A DNA stretch of 53,025 nucleotides from a virus (taxonomy: Duplodnaviria > Caudoviricetes), in IMG/VR virus record IMGVR_UViG_3300036389_000008, positions 1-53,025 of that record; one strand, 5' to 3'. The notes beneath the pieces are model-generated. The model had not been told where the DNA came from. It saw only the letters and a list, made by a program, of their open reading frames with translations, and made no database searches. Of the stretch, positions 46,891 to 53,025 are shown one piece after another. Position 1 is the stretch's first letter. Each line of letters starts with the position of its first letter. Made by a program: the position numbers and the translations under genes.

Positions 46891-47175
46891 TTATTTCTCG
46901 TACCGATTATTCTTCCGATACTCTAACTCTTCATTCAAAAGCTGATCAATCCGACGAACCGGAAAAATGGGTTGAACTGGCTTTAACGAACGCTCCAGTT
47001 TCTTAACCCGGTCCAACAGATCCACATACTGTTTTAGTGTTAAGAGCACTAGTGAATCGTCACTCGTAACCAGTACCGGCGTAGGCTTAATGGCCTTACT
47101 GATCGAATCGGCTGGCGTTTGTGCCAGTGCGGGGCTGGCCAGCAGCAGCAGGAGAATAAGTTGAATCAGTTTCAT
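46891..47175 (-). CDS. Small exported protein
   Basis: MKLIQLILLLLLASPALA|Q. Confidence 0.65.
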   Translation of the reverse strand: MKLIQLILLLLLASPALAQTPADSISKAIKPTPVLVTSDDSLVLLTLKQYVDLLDRVKKLERSLKPVQPIFPVRRIDQLLNEELEYRKNNRYEK

Positions 47176-47624
47176 AGTAAATCGAATATGGACAGTTGCC
47201 CGGTGTACGAATTCACAAGCTCAGTATCGAATTGCCAGAAGCCCTGGCTCCCTTTGGCGGGAATCGGTTTGTCGAACAGGACCGGATCGGTCAGTTTCCA
47301 CGCATAACGATCAGGTGAATAATCGCCGTAATAAAATTCCTTTGGCTTACCCGGTCGGCAGTGTTTCTTCATCCAGGCCTCGGAGGGGATGCAGTCGACG
47401 AGGTTGACCGTACCGAGGATGGAGCCGCACGGCAGTTTAACATCCTTTAGATCTGACGCGAACGGTTCCTGCAGCAGCAGTTCCTTACACCATTTCGGCA
47501 TTTTCTTCGACGCATGAATGCCCAGTTCACCGCGGACTTTCGTTGGCCAATGCCGGGTCTCGAATTTTTTCAGCCCTAACACAACGAGCGTTGCGTAGGG
47601 CTGATAGAGGCTAATAATTCTCAT
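47172..47624 (-). CDS. ASCH-domain protein
   Basis: ISLYQPYATLVVLGLKKFETRHW, IHAS, PIPAKGSQGFW. Confidence 0.9.
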   Translation of the reverse strand: MRIISLYQPYATLVVLGLKKFETRHWPTKVRGELGIHASKKMPKWCKELLLQEPFASDLKDVKLPCGSILGTVNLVDCIPSEAWMKKHCRPGKPKEFYYGDYSPDRYAWKLTDPVLFDKPIPAKGSQGFWQFDTELVNSYTGQLSIFDLL

Positions 47625-47998
47625 TTAAGCGCATCGACGATTGACTGAAACAGCTTATCCTTTTTCTGCTGGAATTCGGGCAATTCCTCAAAAGGCACTA
47701 GGCAGGGGTGCGTTTTCTTCTCCGCATCTTTCACTTTGCCATATTTCCAGCCATTCGCGATCTTATCGGCAGACCAGGCCTCGTGCTGAGCCGACGCCGG
47801 CGCATCTGGATTTTCTAAGCGAAACCGGACGCCAGCAATAGCCGAATCGCGTTGCCATTGCTCGGCTTCGTCCCAGTGTTTTTGTGAAAAATCACCGTCT
47901 GATTGGCACCAAGCTCGGTTCGCTTCGTGGCAGGCCTTGGCGATAAAAATGGTAATCATAGTCAGGTAACCAGGCGAATTTTTAGGGGTTGATTGCAT
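47621..47998 (-). CDS. Stand-alone RyR-domain protein
   Basis: HEAWSADKIANGWKYGKVKDAEKKTHPCLVPFEELPEFQQKKD. Confidence 0.85.
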   Translation of the reverse strand: MQSTPKNSPGYLTMITIFIAKACHEANRAWCQSDGDFSQKHWDEAEQWQRDSAIAGVRFRLENPDAPASAQHEAWSADKIANGWKYGKVKDAEKKTHPCLVPFEELPEFQQKKDKLFQSIVDALK

Positions 47999-48011
47999 TG
48001 TATGAATTGGT

Positions 48012-48290
48012 TTAATTAGTTGCTTGTGGTTGATACTTGCCGCAGGTAGGCCAGCCGATCAGGTGATCTGTCGTCACGGATGCCGACACACCCCGGTATT
48101 CGCATTTGTAGTACCGTTTGCCATTATGGGCATTGCAGCACAGATGATCGCATGATTTACACTTTGTCCCTTCGGGGCCTTTCCCGTACACCTTCACCAT
48201 CGGGTTACCGTGTTTGGTGCCCGAATGCCAGGCGCTTTTCACTTGTTTTTTAGGTATGTCAGATACCTCTTCGCCGAATAGGTTAGTCAT
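48012..48290 (-). CDS. Small Cys-rich (Zn-finger-like) protein
   Basis: CKSCDH...KCEY...PTC. Confidence 0.6.
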   Translation of the reverse strand: MTNLFGEEVSDIPKKQVKSAWHSGTKHGNPMVKVYGKGPEGTKCKSCDHLCCNAHNGKRYYKCEYRGVSASVTTDHLIGWPTCGKYQPQATN

Positions 48291-48516
48291 CGTCTTCGAC
48301 AGTTTTCGTTTTAGTATAATCGGTATAGCCTAATTCCTTCAGGGCTTGAATCCGTAGTTTTCGCTCGGCCCAACTCAGCATCATCGGAAACTTGCTGATC
48401 AAATCCTGATAGTAGATCTGCAGAAACCCGCGCGAATAGTTGCGGTGCAGGAACTGCATTCGGTCCAGCACATCGTGCGAAAGGGACTGTTTCTTAGGCT
48501 TCGTTTTGGTGGCCAT
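48283..48516 (-). CDS. Hypothetical protein
   Basis: Operon context. Confidence 0.55.
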   Translation of the reverse strand: MATKTKPKKQSLSHDVLDRMQFLHRNYSRGFLQIYYQDLISKFPMMLSWAERKLRIQALKELGYTDYTKTKTVEDDD

Positions 48517-48601
48517 GATCAGTCATAGTGCGGTATGAGTGAAAATTTCCCCGACTCAATGCGGCCGGGGAAATCCGGATTCAACGGTAAACTAGTTTGG
48601 A

Positions 48602-49735
48602 TTAATCGTTCAGCATAAGCGGCATGATCAGGCTGGTAACCGTCACGTCGTCGTTGGTTTGTTCCTGAATGAAGGCCGCTTTGTAAGGGGATCTAAACGC
48701 GAAACTGATCAGGGCACCATCGACGTGCTGGACTAGTTCCAGCAGCAGTTGACCGTTAAACCCAATCGCCATTTTGTCGTCTTGATAGCTGGCCAGCAGG
48801 GTTTCTTTCGCCCGGCGCTTCATATCGTCGTTATCGGCCGAGAGCGTGAGTTTATTCAGCGCTAAATCCAGTCGTATTTGGGCCGTGTTCTTGGTGGCGA
48901 ACAGCAACAGGGTTTTCAGCCGGCCAATGAAATCCGCTTTGCCGATTTCCAGTTCGTAGGGATTCTGAACAAAGAGTCCGTTCACATCCGGGTACTTGCC
49001 TTCCGCCTGACGGGTGAGCAGTTCATAGGGGCCAATCTCGAACAGGATGGTTTTAGGCGAAACGATGATCAGCACATCGCCGGCTGCTTCTTTCAGCAGT
49101 TTGTTCAGCAGCAAATCAGCCGCTTTGCGGGGTAGCAGCGCTTTGAAGGGGTGCAGGCCGTTATTCGGCCGTTCGACCCGAATAAGCCGGTTGCCATCAC
49201 TGCCGAAAAAGTGAAGTAGGCTGGGGCCGGACTCAATGGCGACGCAACCCATCGCTGGTTTCGAATCATCGGTCGAGGTGGCAAACGCGGTGTGGTATAA
49301 GGCGTGCTGCAACTGCTCGACCGGCAGTGAGACGTCAAACCCACCGTCGTCGGTATTCGTCGGCCAATCGATGGCTTCCGTCAAGGGAAGCTCGTAATTA
49401 CCCGTATCGGTACGGATCAGGAGCTGGCTATCTTCCAGATTGAACAGCAGGGTAATCGGTTGTTCGGGCAGAGAGGCCAGGCAGTCGGTCAGCAATTTGG
49501 CCGGTACGCAGCAGATCAGCTCGTCATTACTGGATTCGACCGGAATGCGGGTCGTTAAAAAATCGATGTTGTCGGAGGCCGTCACGATGAGCGTGTTGCC
49601 TTCGGTTTCCATCCGGAAATGGTCCAGGATCGGTAAAACGGGATTACTTGGAACGGTACTTTTGAGCGTACCGAGGAATCTCGACATGACGCCGGAACTG
49701 ACAATGACTTTGGTGGTTGCTAATTCGGAAACCAT
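48602..49735 (-). CDS. dnaN: DNA polymerase III beta sliding clamp
   Basis: VPSNPVLPILD, SDGNRL, EGKYPD, IGFNGQLLLE, LIMPL. Confidence 0.92.
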   Translation of the reverse strand: MVSELATTKVIVSSGVMSRFLGTLKSTVPSNPVLPILDHFRMETEGNTLIVTASDNIDFLTTRIPVESSNDELICCVPAKLLTDCLASLPEQPITLLFNLEDSQLLIRTDTGNYELPLTEAIDWPTNTDDGGFDVSLPVEQLQHALYHTAFATSTDDSKPAMGCVAIESGPSLLHFFGSDGNRLIRVERPNNGLHPFKALLPRKAADLLLNKLLKEAAGDVLIIVSPKTILFEIGPYELLTRQAEGKYPDVNGLFVQNPYELEIGKADFIGRLKTLLLFATKNTAQIRLDLALNKLTLSADNDDMKRRAKETLLASYQDDKMAIGFNGQLLLELVQHVDGALISFAFRSPYKAAFIQEQTNDDVTVTSLIMPLMLND

Positions 49736-49748
49736 GAGTGTTTTACGT

Positions 49749-50144
49749 TTAAGGATGAGATAAATAGGAATGAATACACTGGCGAAATTCTTCGTAGGTT
49801 CTCGGCATGGCGACCTCGAAATCGACGCTTCGCAGGTAAGCGTGAACGATGATTTGATTGTCGGATGGATCGCCGTTAACGGTCTTCATTTCGATAAAAA
49901 GGCCGTGTTTTCCGTTATGGGGGTAGGCCAGAAACAGATCGGGCCAACCGGCAATCATGCCCTCGGCCAGTAGCCGACCGCGCTCGGCTTTGGTCCGTTT
50001 TCCGGCGTTGGGTGTGGCCTGGAGCATCAGCTGCGGGTAGGCCAGTCGAAACCAGCGCACACAACGAGCCTGTAAGCCGTGCTCCTGCTGATCGACGTAT
50101 TTGGCCCGAAACTGGTCGGCCGACATTTCGTTATTTTTTGCCAC
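49749..50144 (-). CDS. VRR-NUC (PD-(D/E)XK) nuclease
   Basis: EHGLQ, TPNAG, EGMIAGWPDL, LFIEMKT...SDNQ. Confidence 0.88.
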   Translation of the reverse strand: MAKNNEMSADQFRAKYVDQQEHGLQARCVRWFRLAYPQLMLQATPNAGKRTKAERGRLLAEGMIAGWPDLFLAYPHNGKHGLFIEMKTVNGDPSDNQIIVHAYLRSVDFEVAMPRTYEEFRQCIHSYLSHP

Positions 50145-51288
50145 TTTTCTTTAAAAGTTTAGGGTTTTTGGCGGTGCGTTTTTCCCATTCGGCTGTGGCC
50201 AGTTCATAGACATCGAGCACGTTGCGCCGGCGCGCTTCGAGCTGGAGATTCGAGACTGTTTCGTCGTCCATCTTGGGCAGGTCCGCTTTCAGGTTTTCAA
50301 TCCAGGCGTGATGGCTGAAGGGTTGCGTCGGTGGCAGGTTGATTGTCTGCGGGGACGACATAACCTGCATTGGTTCTTGGGGTGGGGCTGGTTTCTCAGC
50401 AATGGGCCCCGCTTTTTCTTTCAGAAAATTTTCCAGGCAGATCTGCCAGGCCTGGGAGCGAACACGCTTCACATAATCGCCTTCCCGGTTCATGACAGCA
50501 GCCAGGCGTTTGCCGATCACGTCGCCTAAAATTTGGGAGTCTTTGAAGCGTTTGGCCAGTTCCTTTTGCTCGGCCAGTTGCACCGGCACATCTTTCTGAG
50601 CCTGTTTAAGTGCGGCATGCCATTGGTCCTCAGTAGGCCGCAAGTGGCCTTTATCATAGAGCCATTTGAACAGCGCGTTCCCCCAATCGATGTACTCGTA
50701 TCCAGCCTTTACCCGGTTGATGGCCGCCCGAACGCATTTGCCCATGTAGCGATCAATCTCGACTTCGGTCGGTTCCGGTGGTTCGGGTAGATAAAGGCCT
50801 TGACTCAGGACTTTGGAAACTTCGGTATCGTTGTCAACTAACCGACGGTAGGCCGCCAGCACTTCGCCAACGGTTTTTGGGTCGAGCATCCGGAAGGCCT
50901 CCAGAATCTTACCGTCAGCTTTGGTCAGTTCCTCCATCGACAGGTAATTGTAGGCCAGTCGAACCTCTTCGCAGGTTAGCCCCCGTGGGCCGTATTGCCT
51001 CCGTAACCAGTCGTTCAGGTCAACCAGGTCAGCGTAGAAGAACTGCTCATCGATTTCGTTTTTGAACTGGATCTTCAGCAGGTTAACTACCTCCGTCCAC
51101 ATCGATGACAATTGTTCGTCCGTCGCTTCCTTCACCTGGGTTCCGAGCAGACGCGCTTTCACGACGAAGTTTGTCTGCAGTGATAACGGGAGTTCGTCGA
51201 GTCGGGCGGCTATTAGTGGTTTGTTCTCCTCCCGTTTGGCGGGAACGAACGCCATTGACGGGGTTTGTTTGAGCAACTGCTGATTCAT
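50131..51288 (-). CDS. Replication-module hypothetical protein
   Basis: Directly downstream of the initiator, where a helicase loader often sits. Confidence 0.5.
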   Translation of the reverse strand: MNQQLLKQTPSMAFVPAKREENKPLIAARLDELPLSLQTNFVVKARLLGTQVKEATDEQLSSMWTEVVNLLKIQFKNEIDEQFFYADLVDLNDWLRRQYGPRGLTCEEVRLAYNYLSMEELTKADGKILEAFRMLDPKTVGEVLAAYRRLVDNDTEVSKVLSQGLYLPEPPEPTEVEIDRYMGKCVRAAINRVKAGYEYIDWGNALFKWLYDKGHLRPTEDQWHAALKQAQKDVPVQLAEQKELAKRFKDSQILGDVIGKRLAAVMNREGDYVKRVRSQAWQICLENFLKEKAGPIAEKPAPPQEPMQVMSSPQTINLPPTQPFSHHAWIENLKADLPKMDDETVSNLQLEARRRNVLDVYELATAEWEKRTAKNPKLLKKSGKK

Positions 51289-52126
51289 CGCGCTTCTGGT
51301 CTTTCAGGTAATTCAGGTGCCATTTGGCTAATCGGGTGGAGGTGTCCCATTTGCGCTGGGTGCGCCAGTCTTCTTTGCCGTTGTTGGATTCCTTCTCGTC
51401 ATTCTGGACAATGCCCGTCCAGTGTTCGAGAAATTTGATGATCATTTCGACCGGCAGATTCTCTTCGGGATGGCCGCGAACATGCTCTCGAACGAGCTCC
51501 TGTAATTCACCATCGCCGAACTTGCGTTTGAGTGGTTTCGGCGGTGGCAACTCGGGGGAAAGGGGGGCCGCGGAACTTGGGGTTTGGGGGTCTTTTTTTT
51601 CGGCGTCTACAGGTAAAAGATTGTTATCGGTCACACGCGCGTTTTCGTGATCGTCATCATCAATTTCTTTTTTGCTTTCCTCTATGCTTTCTATTATGCT
51701 TTCAATCCTTATATATGGCTCTTTAAGATGTTTAAAGAGGCTCTTTAAGGATGTTAAAAAGGCTCTTGAAGAATGTTTAAGAGGCTCTTTAAGAAAGTTA
51801 AAGAGGGTATTTAAGGAAGTTAAAGAAGGCTCTTTAACAATCTTAAAGAGGGTATCACCCGACCGATACAGGTGAATTTCGCGCTTATTACCCCGTTCCG
51901 TTCCCGGATCAATGCAGATGTAGCCCTTATCATCGAGCGACTTCAGATTCAGACTGATACTGGTTTCGGAAATCGCTAATTGCTCGGCAAAGTGTCTGTT
52001 TCTGGCCGTACAAGGTTCATTCAACGCCAACGGAATGACCGCACAGAGTACGACCTTTTCCGTCGGCGTTAGCTCCTTAATGGCCAGTACTGATGCGGCC
52101 ATCCAAATGCCAGTGAACTCACTCAT
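51083..52126 (-). CDS. Replication initiator (winged HTH, lambda O-like organisation)
   Basis: FTGIW...LTPTEK...CTARNRHFAEQLAISETSIS..LKSL..KGYI; internal iterons; FLEHWT...KWD...RLAKW. Confidence 0.8.
   Translation of the reverse strand: MSEFTGIWMAASVLAIKELTPTEKVVLCAVIPLALNEPCTARNRHFAEQLAISETSISLNLKSLDDKGYICIDPGTERGNKREIHLYRSGDTLFKIVKEPSLTSLNTLFNFLKEPLKHSSRAFLTSLKSLFKHLKEPYIRIESIIESIEESKKEIDDDDHENARVTDNNLLPVDAEKKDPQTPSSAAPLSPELPPPKPLKRKFGDGELQELVREHVRGHPEENLPVEMIIKFLEHWTGIVQNDEKESNNGKEDWRTQRKWDTSTRLAKWHLNYLKDQKRDESAVAQTNPVNGVRSRQTGGEQTTNSRPTRRTPVITADKLRRESASARNPGEGSDGRTIVIDVDGGS
51717..51854. repeat. Six 22-bp iterons (probable replication origin)
   Basis: Tandem ggctctttaagNNNgttaaaga-like units inside the initiator gene. 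Confidence 0.85.
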
Positions 52127-52132
52127 AAAAAA

Positions 52133-52453
52133 CTAGTGATTACCGCCCCGTAATTGAGCGTAGAGAGATAGGCCGTAGGCAATGCCCAGCAGCAATAGAC
52201 CGCCTAAACCAGCAATAAATGCCCATTTGATGGGTGAATAGGTTGAGTTCGGAACGGCCTTAACTGGCCTCAATTGTCGACGACGACGCCAACGGTAATA
52301 CCAGCGTGGGTAATCGAATGGAAACCGACCGCCGTACATGGACTGTAACGCGCGAAAAGAACTAGGACCAAAGATTAATAGGGTAAGTCCGATCCCGATG
52401 CCACCGCCGTACAGCAGGGTTTTTCCGATAAACTGAGCGGCTTCGGTTAGCAT
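52133..52453 (-). CDS. Membrane protein
   Basis: Two hydrophobic helices around an Arg-rich loop. Confidence 0.6.
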   Translation of the reverse strand: MLTEAAQFIGKTLLYGGGIGIGLTLLIFGPSSFRALQSMYGGRFPFDYPRWYYRWRRRRQLRPVKAVPNSTYSPIKWAFIAGLGGLLLLGIAYGLSLYAQLRGGNH

Positions 52454-53025
52454 GGCGCTACCTCCTCTTTGCTCATCAGAGCGTCAATAATCCCATCCGT
52501 GCGATTCCAGAAACCTTCGTGTTTGACGTAAGACGGTGCCTCTTCGATTAACTGCTGATAGGCATCAAGGCCAATTTCCTCGGCAATGTGTGTTTCGTTG
52601 GCCGTTGCAACCCGGTTAACCAGCTGAATGAGCCGTAGTTGTTCCTGGTAAATATCCAGATGGTAAAATGCCTGTGGACAGGTCTGGGCCTGGCATTTTT
52701 GGTTAAGTAGATCACTTAAAAAATCGACAGAAAGACCGCTTTTCTGGTAAAAACCTTCATGGAACAACGCCGAGACAAGGGAGTGCTGAACCAGCGTGAA
52801 ATGGGTTTCGTAGCCCAGCGTGAGCATGACAGCCTGGTTCGATAGACTGACTGCGTTAAAGGCGTCGATGTAAATGCGGCTAATGGCGTCGATTTTGATC
52901 TGATCGACATCCATAATATCGATGGCCACTGAAAATTCAGACGTCCAGCTGTAGGTCAGCAGACGCGCTAGTCTTTTTAAACCGTCATCGTTCAACTTAA
53001 CCGGTTTGATTAATTCAGTACGCAT
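52447..53025 (-). CDS. Hypothetical protein
   Basis: 192-aa ORF starting at the window edge. Confidence 0.55.
   Translation of the reverse strand: MRTELIKPVKLNDDGLKRLARLLTYSWTSEFSVAIDIMDVDQIKIDAISRIYIDAFNAVSLSNQAVMLTLGYETHFTLVQHSLVSALFHEGFYQKSGLSVDFLSDLLNQKCQAQTCPQAFYHLDIYQEQLRLIQLVNRVATANETHIAEEIGLDAYQQLIEEAPSYVKHEGFWNRTDGIIDALMSKEEVAPC

Larger units (their letters stand above)
1..53025. mobile_element. Temperate tailed prophage (siphovirus-like), probable Bacteroidota host
   Basis: Integrase, terminases, portal, capsid, tape measure, lysis and replication genes in modular order. No att sites or repressor recognised. Confidence 0.93.

Noticed and set aside
51717-51854. Possible CRISPR array
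   Set aside because: Units are contiguous with no unique spacers, lie inside a CDS, and no cas genes are present
32-52910. Many short antisense or alternate-frame ORFs in the track
   Set aside because: They are shadows of longer, motif-bearing genes and have no recognisable features
1-53025. Circular complete genome, att sites, tRNA genes
   Set aside because: The ends are back-to-back start codons with no room for promoters, so the window is trimmed; no terminal repeat or cloverleaf recognised

Overview
The window is a nearly complete temperate tailed (siphovirus-like) prophage, trimmed at gene boundaries: it starts on the integrase ATG and ends on a minus-strand ATG. The host is inferred to be Bacteroidota, probably Cytophagales, from TAnnTTTG promoters, Gln-after-cleavage signal peptides and the integrase type. 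Layout: integrase; an ICE/plasmid-like early block (Rad52-type annealase, truncated N6-methylase, PRTRC E1/E2/ubiquitin-like cluster, J-domain protein, excisionase-like HTH); a ParB-ParB plus GREB1/TAGT-type glycosyltransferase unit next to the terminases; head and tail genes with morons (Acb2/Tad1-like, SHOCT membrane protein); a long fibre/spike region; a lysis cassette; and a convergent replication arm (ASCH, RyR, beta clamp, VRR-NUC, initiator with iterons). The strongest unexplained signal is an 11-nt element, CTACCGGACGG, in the leaders of five structural genes, with a degenerate sixth copy. In four copies its 3' end opens a stem of different sequence that closes on the bases just before the start codon, suggesting a translational switch regulon for late genes. 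Also notable: a phage-borne ubiquitin-like system, clamp-binding motifs alongside a phage-encoded clamp, and fibre-like proteins with Sec signal peptides. All family assignments come from motif recognition by eye, not database searches.
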